Shown here piece after piece: positions 21,790 to 31,767 of a DNA stretch of 64,000 nt. The notes beneath the pieces are model-generated. The model saw only the letters and a list, made by a program, of their open reading frames with translations. It had not been told where the DNA came from and made no database searches. The stretch is from Candidatus Marinacidobacterales bacterium. GTDB lineage: Bacteria; Acidobacteriota; Vicinamibacteria; Marinacidobacterales; SMYC01. The translations under genes and the position numbers were made by a program. The stretch is from the NCBI GenBank assembly GCA_965224085.1, contig CBDCYI010000004.1:544001-608000 (forward strand), written 5' to 3'. How positions within the stretch are numbered: the first letter of the stretch is position 1; every line of letters starts with the position of its first letter.

Positions 21790-21975
21790 TTCTCTGATCC
21801 ACGTCGGCGACCCTGATATCCCGGATGTCCACCATCCAGGTGAAGTAGATGTAGCGTCCGTCGGTGGCGAACGCCAAGGGCCCTAACCCACCGGTGCGTC
21901 CTTCGAAATTTGTGACCGCGCGTGCCACTTTTGAATCTCGAAATGGCCGAGCTTGGTGCCGGGAGACAGGAGCAT
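21790..21975 (-). pseudogene. Ser/Thr kinase with TolB-like C-terminus collapsed to its two ends
   Basis: MLLSPGTKLGHFEI (kinase N-terminus) joined to VTNFEGRTGGLG..ATDGRYIYFTW..DI.V.DV (propeller C-terminus). Confidence 0.65.
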
Positions 21976-22053
21976 AGGTTAGGCAGCATCTTAACGACAG
22001 TCAGGATTGCCTGTCGAACGCCTGCGTGTTCATACACGGCGGCGTCGTCCCGA

Positions 22054-22368
22054 CTATTTCAGCTTCACCGCCGTACCGACCGCCACGATCTCAGCCGCGA
22101 GCTGCATGACCATGGACGTGCCGATACGCACACCGACGACAGCATCGGCGCCGAGCTCGCGCGCATGCGCCATCATCCGGTCGATGGCCTGCTCACGACT
22201 CTCCGCCATCAATTTCGTGTAGTGCTGGATCTCGCCACCGAGCAGGCCTTTGGTCCCCGCCGTGATGTCTCGGCCAATGTGGCGGGCGCGGATCGTGTTG
22301 CCACGTGCGAGGCCGAGCACAGATGCGATCTCGCGGCCAGGGACGGTCTCGTAGGTCGAGACAATCAT
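22054..22368 (-). CDS. YbjQ/UPF0145 family protein
   Basis: GGEI..YT.LM..SRE.A..RM..A.ELGADAVVGVR, GTAV; GGAGGTG RBS. Confidence 0.92.
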   Translation of the reverse strand: MIVSTYETVPGREIASVLGLARGNTIRARHIGRDITAGTKGLLGGEIQHYTKLMAESREQAIDRMMAHARELGADAVVGVRIGTSMVMQLAAEIVAVGTAVKLK

Positions 22369-22458
22369 CGTTTCACCTCCTTATAGGGATGGTGGCGCCA
22401 TGTGCTGTAATACGCAACAAGGAAGCCAGATATTCAGGATTCGGAGTAAAAATTCTTT

Positions 22459-23766
22459 GTGAAGCCGTTGTGTATTTTAGCGTGCCTGATGGTCGCAGGG
22501 AGCGTTCTCGGTGAGAACTGGCCCCAGTGGCGCGGCCCGTATAGTGACGGGAGCTCGCCCGAGACGAACTTGCCCGAAGTTTGGGGACCGAAGCAAAACA
22601 TCCGCTGGCGCGCGCCCCTCGCAGGGCTCGGAACTTCAACGCCGGTCATCTGGGACGACCTCGTGTTCTTGACTTCGCAGCTCGGCATGGGGCCCATCGA
22701 TCGCCGCGGTGCCGAGTTCGACGAAGCGGTCACCGCAAGAGACTACACGCGAGAGGACACCCGGATCACATTCACGCTGCAAGCTTTCGCGCACGAAGAT
22801 GGGCGACAGGTGTGGGAGCACCGCTTCGACGCCGTCGAGAGCGACGGCTTGCCTTCCGTGCATCCCAAACACAACTTCGCGAGCCCGAGCACGACTACGG
22901 ATGGCGAGCTCGTCTACGCGTGGGTGGGGACGGGCCAACTCATAGCACTGACTTTGAAGGGTGAGCTGGTCTGGTCCCGCCACATCGGCCGCGACTACGC
23001 ACCCTTCCACGTGTTGTGGGGTCACGGCAGCTCACCGATGTTATATCGCGACACGCTCTTCTTGCTTTGCGACCACCTGCCGGGCGCCTATCTGATTGCG
23101 CTCGACAAGAGGAATGGCAAAGAGCTCTGGAAAGTCGACCGCGGTGAAGGCATCCGATCTTACTCAACGCCTTTTGTCGTCCCCGGCCCCGAAAGCGATG
23201 AGCTCGTCGTCAACTCGAGCCACCGTATCGAGGCTTATGACCCGAATACGGGGGAGCTCTTGTGGCATGCCGGTGAGCCCACAACGCTCGCCATCGGCGT
23301 CCCGGTCTACGCGGACGGCATCCTCTACGCGAGCCGAGGTTATTCGAGCGGTCCGTACTCAGCCATCCGGCTCGGAGGACGCGGTGATGTGAACGCGAGC
23401 CACGTCGAGTGGCACGTCCCGACACGCGCACCCTATATCTCGTCGCTTTATTACGACGAAAAGATCTTCATGGCGACCGAAGGCGGGATCGCAAGCGTTG
23501 TCGACGCCAAAAATGGAGAAACGCTCTGGCGCGAACGGCTCGGTGGAGCGTTTACAGCATCGCCGGTGGCGGGAGACGGAAAAGTTTATCTTCTCAATGA
23601 GTCCGGCGAAACCTTCGTCTTCGAGGCCGGCGCACCGCCCAAGCTCATCTCACGAAACCGGCTCGATGAGCGCACACTCGCCTCACCCGCCATTTCCGGC
23701 GGCACCTTGTTCATCCGAACGGACGCTCACCTCGTCGCGATAGACGGCGACGCTACTCGCCCGTAG
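22459..23766 (+). CDS. PQQ-like beta-propeller exported protein
   Basis: Signal peptide, NWPQWRGP, repeated TDGE/G..LW blades, ASPAIS..LFIRT. Confidence 0.88.
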   Translation: MKPLCILACLMVAGSVLGENWPQWRGPYSDGSSPETNLPEVWGPKQNIRWRAPLAGLGTSTPVIWDDLVFLTSQLGMGPIDRRGAEFDEAVTARDYTREDTRITFTLQAFAHEDGRQVWEHRFDAVESDGLPSVHPKHNFASPSTTTDGELVYAWVGTGQLIALTLKGELVWSRHIGRDYAPFHVLWGHGSSPMLYRDTLFLLCDHLPGAYLIALDKRNGKELWKVDRGEGIRSYSTPFVVPGPESDELVVNSSHRIEAYDPNTGELLWHAGEPTTLAIGVPVYADGILYASRGYSSGPYSAIRLGGRGDVNASHVEWHVPTRAPYISSLYYDEKIFMATEGGIASVVDAKNGETLWRERLGGAFTASPVAGDGKVYLLNESGETFVFEAGAPPKLISRNRLDERTLASPAISGGTLFIRTDAHLVAIDGDATRP

Positions 23767-23839
23767 CGTTCGAATAAGCGAGCATTAGCCCCTGGCTAGC
23801 AAGGCCTATTTTATAGGCTATAATGGACGTAATTCTTGG

Positions 23840-24106
23840 TTCGGTCTGTCTTGGAAACCCAACGTTCGTGTGCAAGGCTGGTTCGTCGTATTCCTGTCTC
23901 GATCCTGCAACGTGCTACCCGTGACCGCCGAGATTGCCCAAGGGGCCGGCCGTCTGCGGGGCGAGTTCCAGTCGAAGGGTGAGACGCGCACCCAGGCGGA
24001 TATGTTGATCGCTTCGACGGCCCGTCACCACCAGCTCACACTCGTCACCCGCAATGCTCAAGACTTTGAAGGATGTGGCATGGCTCTCCTGAACCCCATC
24101 GCCTGA
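23840..24106 (+). pseudogene. VapC (PIN) toxin, C-terminal half
   Basis: DMLIASTA..H.LTLVTRN..DF...G..LLNP; N-terminal acidic PIN motif and antitoxin gene absent. Confidence 0.75.
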
Positions 24107-24140
24107 GCGCCATGCGCGATAGGCCCAATACAAAAGGGGG

Positions 24141-24518
24141 CTACACGCCCGTCGCGATCGAATAAGCCCAGTTCAAAAAGATCGCCGAGGCGACGGCAAT
24201 GCGGCCCGACACGCTCAGCCGTGTCGGGATCGCGGGAAGCGTTTGGCCGACGAGTGTCAGCGTCGCGGCCGCGAGCCCACCACCGAGAAACAGCATCCAC
24301 CCGATGGTCGGCAAAGGATAGAGCGAGAGCGCGGTCGCGAAGTCGAGGTCGGCCAACAACAAGGCCGCCCGCGTCGTGCCACAGGTCGGGCATGCGTAGC
24401 CGGTCCAGCTCTTGAACGTACAGGCCCAGAGCCCTCCGGTGAAACCGGACGCCCAAGGCGAGGCGATGAGGAGCGCGGTAGCGACACTGCCCCAAAGAAG
24501 TGCTACTTGACGGCTCAC
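24141..24518 (-). CDS. DUF2752-family membrane protein
   Basis: CTFKSWTGYACPTCGTTRA motif; GTG overlaps upstream stop. Confidence 0.8.
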   Translation of the reverse strand: MSRQVALLWGSVATALLIASPWASGFTGGLWACTFKSWTGYACPTCGTTRAALLLADLDFATALSLYPLPTIGWMLFLGGGLAAATLTLVGQTLPAIPTRLSVSGRIAVASAIFLNWAYSIATGV

Positions 24519-25270
24519 GGCATGTCTCCGAACTGCCGTATGAACTGGTAGAGCACTGCCCCGAAGACTATCGAAAGAATCAACCCGCACAAGCAGCACA
24601 AGATGAGCGGGATCAGCACGGCTACGAGCGCGCGTCCTTGCGATGTTCGGTGCACGGCGGCAAAGCCGACCACCTCGAGCACCAAGTTCCAAATCGACGC
24701 CACCAGGCTCCCGACAAACGGTAGCACGACCGCAAGCCAAGCGATGGTGGAATAGGCGTAGACCTTGAGAGTGCCCTCGAAGCCGGTCTCGGATTTTTCG
24801 GTCGCGCCCACGAGAAGCAGACAAACATGCATCACCGCCGATCCGATGAAAATGATGATCACATAGAAGATCGGCCAAAAAACGAGCGTTACGATGAGCT
24901 CCACCACCGACGGTGCCGCAAAAGCTTGTCCGAAGCCTTCGAAGCCTTCGATTTGTTCCAAGCCTTCGAAGAAACCGCGCATCGTGTTTGCGAGGAGCAT
25001 GTTCCAAAGCTGCCCAAGCAGAAAAGCAATCCAAGACACGATGATCCCGAAGAGCATCGGGCTCGTGAGGTCGCCGTCTTTCCGAAGGCGCGCGAAGCCA
25101 TCCGATGGATCGCTGACGAGCAGCTTGATCGTGTCGACCAATGCCTGGGCGATGCCGAGCCGGTCGCGCTCTTCCCACGGCAGACGCGGGCCCGCAGAGG
25201 GCGGAGGCGAGCCACCGGAGGACGGAGGCCTATACGGAGACGGAGCGGGCGGAAGAGGGGGCGAACTCAT
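24515..25270 (-). CDS. YIP1-family membrane protein
   Basis: Pro-rich N-terminus, LPWE, five TM segments, GFEGTLKVYAYS. Confidence 0.8.
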   Translation of the reverse strand: MSSPPLPPAPSPYRPPSSGGSPPPSAGPRLPWEERDRLGIAQALVDTIKLLVSDPSDGFARLRKDGDLTSPMLFGIIVSWIAFLLGQLWNMLLANTMRGFFEGLEQIEGFEGFGQAFAAPSVVELIVTLVFWPIFYVIIIFIGSAVMHVCLLLVGATEKSETGFEGTLKVYAYSTIAWLAVVLPFVGSLVASIWNLVLEVVGFAAVHRTSQGRALVAVLIPLILCCLCGLILSIVFGAVLYQFIRQFGDMP

Positions 25271-25672
25271 GAGGTTTATTGTAACCTGGCGGGCCGTTGA
25301 GCCCGCCAGGTTCTAGTGGTGTTTTCGGCTATCTGCTTTTGGCTACCCAGACGGAGGCTAGGTCGACGGATGCCAGAAGCGGGGAGCCGGTAGTAAAATT
25401 GAATCTTAAGTAGTTTGCGGTGCGGCGCTCCTTTTTCGGACTGCCAGTGTGATGCCGCCCAGGATCATGCCGACGACGGTGGCGAAGATGGTCCAGATCA
25501 CCAGATTGCGGAACGGGATCAGCAGATAGCCTTCGAGCGATGTCACGCCGTCGCCGACGACACCGCCATTGTTTAGCGCGAAACGGGTGGCGCCCCAGTT
25601 CATCGCATAGGCGAGCCAATAGGTCGGCGCGATGAAAAGACGTTCGCGATAAGATGCGCGACGAGACAACCC

Positions 25673-25861
25673 ATGCGAACCCTCGACGAGCAGAACACTC
25701 AGTCCTTCTCGCTTTTAGCACGCGCGTTGCGGAACCTCAAGCTGCTATGGCGTATCGCCACGATGGCTGCCGACTACTTCAGGACTGGCGGAGCGATCCG
25801 CCGCAGCTATCGCGAGAAAGAGCGCCGGGGCGAGATCTACTACGTCGACGAAATTGACTAG
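25673..25861 (+). CDS. small hypothetical protein (62 aa)
   Basis: ATG start, host-like codon usage, no competing gene on this stretch. Confidence 0.45.
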   Translation: MRTLDEQNTQSFSLLARALRNLKLLWRIATMAADYFRTGGAIRRSYREKERRGEIYYVDEID

Positions 25862-25880
25862 GGAAGCACGCGTGGCAGCA

Positions 25881-26765
25881 TCAATTATCGATGGGAAGCT
25901 TCATCGCCCCGGCGAGCTCTCGAAGTTTGTTTTGTACCTTTCGCGCGTTTTGGGGGCCCATCCGGAGGAGCTGCTTTTGGGCGGGTGCTAGAGCTTCGAG
26001 ACGGCGGTCGACATAGGTGTAGTTCACGCTGTCGGCGTTGAGCGCTACCCGGCCTTCCACAACCGGTGTGCGTAGCAGCACGTTGATGGCTTTGGTGAAG
26101 GTGGCCTCGAAAGGCTGACCGAGATATCCGAGCTCCCTATAAGCCTCGAGCGCCAACGGTTTCGTCATCTGATAGAGCTCCGCGACGCCCGCTGCGTCCA
26201 AAGATTCGAGCCCGGCAACGAGCACATCGTAGCGGTGGTAGCTATTGGGGTCGCCGAAAACCTGCGGCGGGCGCCGTACGACCTCGTAGGGCTCGTCGGG
26301 CGCGAGGTACGGAAAGTGCCGCGCGGGATGGTCGCCCTCGGCAACGTTGACGATCGCGGTGACGATTTTCCGCACGAGCTCATCACTCAGTAATATTGAT
26401 GTCATCGCCGGGTGCCGCGAGAGCCCCGCCACAAGCTCCCGGACGAAAGCATCGCTTTGGGATAACGGGGGGAGGTCGACCTCGGGCTGGATTTCCGAAG
26501 GCTGAGCTTCGGGCGCCACTTCGGCGAGCGCCTCTTCAGTGGGCGCGGAGTTGCGCGGCGGCGGCACACTCACCCCCCGTGCGGAGAACAGCCAGTAAAG
26601 GCCAAGCCCGGCGACGAGCGCCAGGCCGGCGGCGGCAAAAAGCGTCCACGAAGCTGGGAAGCTCGTAGAGCTCGAGTTTTCATCGGACGGTGGGTCTGTC
26701 TCGCGCAGCTCGGGCCCGCCGTTCTCGTCCGCACTCCGGAAGTCTCGATCGTCCCAGTCGACCAT
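25881..26765 (-). CDS. DUF3014-family membrane-anchored protein
   Basis: LPPLSQSD, SYHRYD, PL..EAYRELGY, LE.L.PAQKQLLRMGP.N. Confidence 0.85.
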   Translation of the reverse strand: MVDWDDRDFRSADENGGPELRETDPPSDENSSSTSFPASWTLFAAAGLALVAGLGLYWLFSARGVSVPPPRNSAPTEEALAEVAPEAQPSEIQPEVDLPPLSQSDAFVRELVAGLSRHPAMTSILLSDELVRKIVTAIVNVAEGDHPARHFPYLAPDEPYEVVRRPPQVFGDPNSYHRYDVLVAGLESLDAAGVAELYQMTKPLALEAYRELGYLGQPFEATFTKAINVLLRTPVVEGRVALNADSVNYTYVDRRLEALAPAQKQLLRMGPQNARKVQNKLRELAGAMKLPIDN

Positions 26766-26989
26766 GACGCAACTCCACTTGAACTCATTCCATGCTAGAC
26801 CGCTCCTGGCGCGAACGCAATTCCAGCGCGTGGTTTCCAGAAAAACGCGCCGCTCTCAGAAAAAATTTGGCGCAGCTCATCAAAAGGTCTTTCTTACCGA
26901 TCCCTTGAAATGTGAGTACGGGGCGCCTTTCTCGTCATTCCTTCATCACCCCATCGATGCTTATATTGAGGATGTGCGCTCCGAGTGGA

Positions 26990-27251
26990 AAGTCACCGGA
27001 CTCGTGAGGTCGACGGCCGGCGCATCCACATGTTGCATGACCTAAAGGAGCTCCGCGTGGATCCGGTAAAGCGTGGGCTCGACGTCATCGTGAGCGGCCA
27101 TTCGCACCGTCCGAAGCTCGAACGAAAAGACGGGATCCTGTACCTCAATCCTGGAAGCGCGGGTCCCCGCCGGTTCAAGCTCCCGGTGGCCCTCGCACAT
27201 TTGAGACTTCACGACAACGGCGTCCGAGCGCGCCTTCTGGAGCTCGCCTGA
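26990..27251 (+). pseudogene. YfcE-type metallophosphoesterase, C-terminal half
   Basis: SGHSH, YLNPGSAGPRRF; N-terminal SDxH and GNxD motifs missing. Confidence 0.75.
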
Positions 27252-27273
27252 CGGCGACGGACGTTCTCTCCCT

Positions 27274-28886
27274 GTGCGCGTCTTCATGCTCTTGCTCCTG
27301 CTGCTGACGTGGGCAGGCTTCACGAGCGGCCAAGAGGAGGAAGAAGGCGAACAAGAAGAGAAGTCCGAGCCTTGGGCCACGATCTATTGGGACGAGGGCC
27401 TTCATATCCACGGCCTGTACAAGAACTTCACGATCAATATCGGGGGGATGGCGCAAAACGACACGGCGGCTTTCAGTTCTCAAAACGCGGACGAAGCGGG
27501 TCGCGGACCGTTCCAAAACGGCGTCGAGTGGCGGCGGGCCCGGATCTATGCCGAAGGTGTCTTCGCGCGGTTGTTCGAGTACAAGTTCATGTACGACTTC
27601 GCCTCCAACAACCCTCCGCGGTTGAAGGATTCTTTCGTGACCTTTTCGATGCCCTTGGCTCCTGTCAGGATCCAGGGCGGGCGCTTCCGAACGCGCTTGA
27701 GTCTAGCCGGAAGTTCCCGGCTTAGGCCAGACGTAATGTATTGAACGCGTGGAGTTTTTCATCAGGGAAGGTTTCCCGGCACTGGGAACAAACCGAGCAG
27801 TTGCATTGCGCGTTGTTGTGTTGAGTTGGCTTCGGTCACCATCTGGAATGGTGGAGCGGTCGGGTCGGCTTTGAGTTGGCAAAGGTTGAGACTGCGGGTA
27901 GCAAGCTCGGCAAGAAGCGTGGGGAAACTGTGAATAGGTAATCCGTCAGATGTGCGACGGACGCTCTTTTTGTTTTTGGCCGAAGTCGAGGGCAGAGCTG
28001 GCAAGACGGGGTCTCGGGTCTCGCGGTCGGCGTCAAGTTGCTCGTCGACGAAAAGTAGTGGAGCAAGGGCCTTTTTCATGTGCCATTGCACATAGTAGGC
28101 GAGCAAGCACAAGAAGATGTGTGCCCGCACGCGTTGGGCATCGCGATGGCGGATGGGTCGTACTAACAGGTCGATGCCCTTCAAACAACGAAAGGCTTGT
28201 TCAACCTGAGAGAGCCGCTTGTAGCTGCGCACGGTGTCCTCGGCCGAGAGATGCTCAAGCGGCTCGCTGGTGCGGATTACGTAGATGCCGTCGCGTTCCG
28301 ATTCTCGGCGAATGCTTTCCTCGCGTCTGCTGTAGCTAAAAAGGCTATCTTCGATCTTCAGTGTGAAGTGCTTCGATCCGCTTTCTCGAGCGCCCCGAAT
28401 CTCACATCGCTGGGATTGCCGTGGATACGGGAGACATTCCTTCGTCCGCGACCAACACGTATATCGCCGAAGCCGCCGCCGTGCGAGGCGCGTTCTCGCT
28501 GCAGTCGGAATATGCGTTCACGGGCGTGCGCGCGACGGATGCCCAGAACCCGGCGTTCCACGCCTTTTACGTGTTCGGTAGCTACTTCTTGACCGGGGAA
28601 AGTCGACGTTACCGATCGCGGAACGCTTCGTTCGGAGAGATCCGGCCCAAGGTGCCCTTCGCCGGTATCCACGAGCTAGGTGGAGCCCTCGAGATCGCGT
28701 TTCGCTATTCGCGCCTCGATCTGGAAGACAAGAGTTGTCGACGGTGGTGTCTTGAACGATTTGACCGCTGCCTTCAATTGGTATGCGAGCCACAACGCGA
28801 AACTGCAGCTCAACGGGATCCGAGCCAAGCGGCAAGGGCTGGACCCGTTCTGGATTTGGCAGATACGAATGCAGTTCGACTATTGA
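27274..28886 (+). pseudogene. OprO/OprP phosphate-selective porin, IS-interrupted
   Basis: N-part EWRRARI, LKD to ~27702; C-part SYFLTGE, GALEIAFRYS.LDL, FNWY, terminal FDY; frameshift near 28735. Confidence 0.8.
27703..28375 (-). mobile_element. IS1634-family element, 3' portion only
   Basis: DGIYVIRT, YKRLSQVEQAFRCLK, RPIRH, RVRAHIFLCLLAYY; terminus GGAACTTCCGGCTAG; lower GC than flanks. Confidence 0.8.
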
Positions 28887-28978
28887 CGCTCGGGTGAACT
28901 CGCGGTGGAGCAAGCCTAGAGCTTCCAAGAAGTCCCACGCACATCGCTCACGAGCACTACCTTCAAGAGAACGAGCGA

Positions 28979-30034
28979 TCAGTCCTGATTGATGAAAAAA
29001 TCGACGCCGAGCTCGGACGCGAGCGGGCGCAGATTCTCGACGGTGGCGAGGTCCACGGGGATCCCGGTTTCTAGCCTCTCGCGTCGGCGCTGCTGCTCTC
29101 GCTCGCCAGGGAGCATCACCGGTGCGTCGGCGTCGATCGGCGGCGCAGACTTTACGTGCGCCACGAGCTCTTCGAGGCGCTGGTCGAAATCTTCACGACT
29201 CTGGAAGGCCTCGGGCGCTACCGCGACGAGCTGATGACCGACGTCGAAATGCTTATCGTCTTGGAACACGTCCGTCCCGAACAAAGCGCCCGTCATGACG
29301 CCGGCGAGCACGTCGGTCCACAAGCTCAAGCCGTAGCCTTTGTACTCCCCTATTGGTAGGAGTGCTCCCAGCATCGCTTCACCGGGCGTCGTTGTCCGAC
29401 GCCCGTCCGGCGTCAGCGCCCAGGTTTCCGGCATCTCGCGCCCCTCGCGGTCGAGCCAGCGCATCATGCCTTTGCCGCTCATTGTGAGAGCCATGTCGAG
29501 AACGATGGGAGGATGATCGCGCCTCGGAATGGCGATACCCCATGGGTTCGTCCCGAGGACAGCCTTCGCCGAGCCCGTCGGCGCCATCTCGGCTCCAGCA
29601 TTCGTCATCGCCCAGCCAATCAAACCTGTCCGAGTGGCGGAAAACGCGTGATAGCCGGCGATGCCAAAATGGTTGCTGTTGTGCACGCCGACCATCGCGA
29701 GCCCCGTCTCGGACGCTTTTTCGACAGCACGGTCCATCGCGCGATGCGCCGCAACGTAGCCGAAGCCTTTCCCCGCATCGAGAAGTGCTGTGCTCGTCCC
29801 ATCGCGCACCCACTCCATCGTCGCCGCCGGGACGATGCCACCGTTGTTCACGCGACGGTGATAACGCACGAGCTTCTCGAGCCCCTGACCTTGCCCAGGA
29901 TGCCACCAGAGGCAGGCTGTCATGAGCCCATCGGCGATGATGCGAGCCTCTTCGGACGACGCGCCCAAGGCAAGCAGGAAATCGGTCGTGAAGCGGCGGA
30001 GAAGCGGCTCCGGATAAGTCGCGACGTTTCGCAT
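28979..30034 (-). CDS. Ldh_2 (malate/L-lactate dehydrogenase-like) family oxidoreductase
   Basis: NSNHFG, GTNP, LDMA, YKGYGL, PGE motifs. Confidence 0.88.
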   Translation of the reverse strand: MRNVATYPEPLLRRFTTDFLLALGASSEEARIIADGLMTACLWWHPGQGQGLEKLVRYHRRVNNGGIVPAATMEWVRDGTSTALLDAGKGFGYVAAHRAMDRAVEKASETGLAMVGVHNSNHFGIAGYHAFSATRTGLIGWAMTNAGAEMAPTGSAKAVLGTNPWGIAIPRRDHPPIVLDMALTMSGKGMMRWLDREGREMPETWALTPDGRRTTTPGEAMLGALLPIGEYKGYGLSLWTDVLAGVMTGALFGTDVFQDDKHFDVGHQLVAVAPEAFQSREDFDQRLEELVAHVKSAPPIDADAPVMLPGEREQQRRRERLETGIPVDLATVENLRPLASELGVDFFINQD

Positions 30035-30095
30035 CTCCAGGGATTCCTCGAGCTCGAAAGCCAATTGCCAAAGGAAGAAAGGCTATCATAGGCGC

Positions 30096-31190
30096 ATGAG
30101 CCTCAAGCCAGCCGACCTCTATAGCTTCATGCACAGGAGTGTGGTCGGGCAGGACGACGCGCTCCGCTATGTCTCGGTCGCCCTATTCAAGCATCTCTGC
30201 GGGGAAGCGGTCGGGAATTTGCTGATGATCGGTAATTCTGGCACGGGCAAAACGACCGTGATGCGCGCGGTCGAGCAGCTCTATCTCGCCAACCCATCCT
30301 TTCAGAAGCATCGTGTCGTGGCGCGGTTGAACGCCAATACTCTCGCGAACGAAGAAGGGGCGGTCATCACCGGCAAGCAGCTCTTCCAGACTCTCCAGGA
30401 TCGGGCGGTTCAGATTCTCGGCGACCAAGCCACGCCGGACAACGTCAAGCTTCTCATCGAGCACGCCACGGTCTGCATCGACGAAGTCGACAAAGTCTCG
30501 ACGGTCGTTGGCGGCAAAGCCAACCCGACTGGCATCAACGTCCAGCAATCGCTTCTCACACTAATGGAGGACGAGAAAGTGACGTTCGATACCCAACTTC
30601 TAGTGGACGGGGATTTCAAGCCCGTGCAAATGGAGATCGACACGAAGAAGCTCCTGTTCATATGCGGCGGCGCATTCGAAGAGCTCTATGACCAGGTCTA
30701 TGCCCGGGTGTACGAAGAGAAAGGCCAGGAAGAGCTCACAGAGATGGTCTCGGCCTTAGACGGTGGCGTCGAGTTCGAGCAAGTCTTCTCGTTGTCCGAG
30801 TACTTGAGGCAGGAAGACTTGTTCAAGTTCGGGATGCTCCCCCAGTTCCTGTCCCGCTTCGACACGACTCTCGTCCTGGCCGAGCTCACCCCGGAAGTTC
30901 TAGAGGTGATCTTCACCGGCACGAAAGACTCTCTCTTCGAATCCTCGAAGCGCTTCTTCAAGAGATTCAAGATCGACCTACAGATGACGGACGGGGCGAA
31001 AAAACTCATCACCCAACGCGCCGCCCGCCAAGCGCGCGTCGGCGCCCGCGCCCTGAAAGAAGTCTACGGCCGCGTGATCAAGCCGTTCGAGTTCGCACCG
31101 TTCCAACAGGACCACGTGTCCAAGAACGAAGCCGACGAAGGGTACACCCTGACCCTGACGAAAGAGTTAGTAGAAAGCAGCTTGCGGTAG
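30096..31190 (+). CDS. ClpX/HslU-clade AAA+ ATPase lacking the N-terminal zinc-binding domain
   Basis: VVGQD, GNSGTGKT, IDEVDK, VQQSLL, LFICGGAF, PQFLSRF, GARAL. Confidence 0.85.
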   Translation: MSLKPADLYSFMHRSVVGQDDALRYVSVALFKHLCGEAVGNLLMIGNSGTGKTTVMRAVEQLYLANPSFQKHRVVARLNANTLANEEGAVITGKQLFQTLQDRAVQILGDQATPDNVKLLIEHATVCIDEVDKVSTVVGGKANPTGINVQQSLLTLMEDEKVTFDTQLLVDGDFKPVQMEIDTKKLLFICGGAFEELYDQVYARVYEEKGQEELTEMVSALDGGVEFEQVFSLSEYLRQEDLFKFGMLPQFLSRFDTTLVLAELTPEVLEVIFTGTKDSLFESSKRFFKRFKIDLQMTDGAKKLITQRAARQARVGARALKEVYGRVIKPFEFAPFQQDHVSKNEADEGYTLTLTKELVESSLR

Positions 31191-31232
31191 TAGGCCGCGG
31201 GCGACAATAGCAACAATAGCAAATGGGGCCGT

Positions 31233-31735
31233 TCAATGTCCAAAAACACGCCCCCCTTTAACCACAATCTCAACCTGTGCAAGCGCCATGATGTTGAAGA
31301 GCGGGTCGCCATTTACAACGATGATATCGGCGAGCTTCCCCGCCTCGAGCGGCGCGCCGAGGTCGACCGCGGTGGTGATGCCGCGTCGAGAAGCTGCTTC
31401 GCCGAGATCTCCATGATGTCTTCGAGCGACAAATCCGATTCTTCTTCGAGCCACTTAAAGTAGCGGCTGTAGTCGCCGTGGCCCAAGATCGTCAAATGTG
31501 CATGCAGGTCGATGAGGCCGGGGAGCATCGTGCGACCACGTGTGTCGATCACCTCGTAGCCTGAAGGTATCGGGATGTCAGAAGCCCGTCCCACTTTGAC
31601 GATGCGGTCTCCTTCCACCAGCACCACCGCGTGGTGGATAGGAGGAACTTCATAGCCGTCGAGAAGCATGCCACCCACGAGCGCGAGCTTCGTCGAAGTC
31701 TGAAAGAGTGCAAAAAGCGACGCCATCATCGTCAT
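31233..31735 (-). pseudogene. amidohydrolase collapsed by internal deletion
   Basis: PGLIDLHAH...GITTAVDLGAP joins directly to LEAGKLADIIVVNGDP...KGG; most of the barrel absent; frameshift near 31380. Confidence 0.8.
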
Positions 31736-31767
31736 ATCCCGACGTTCTATGTCAGGACGATGTTAGG

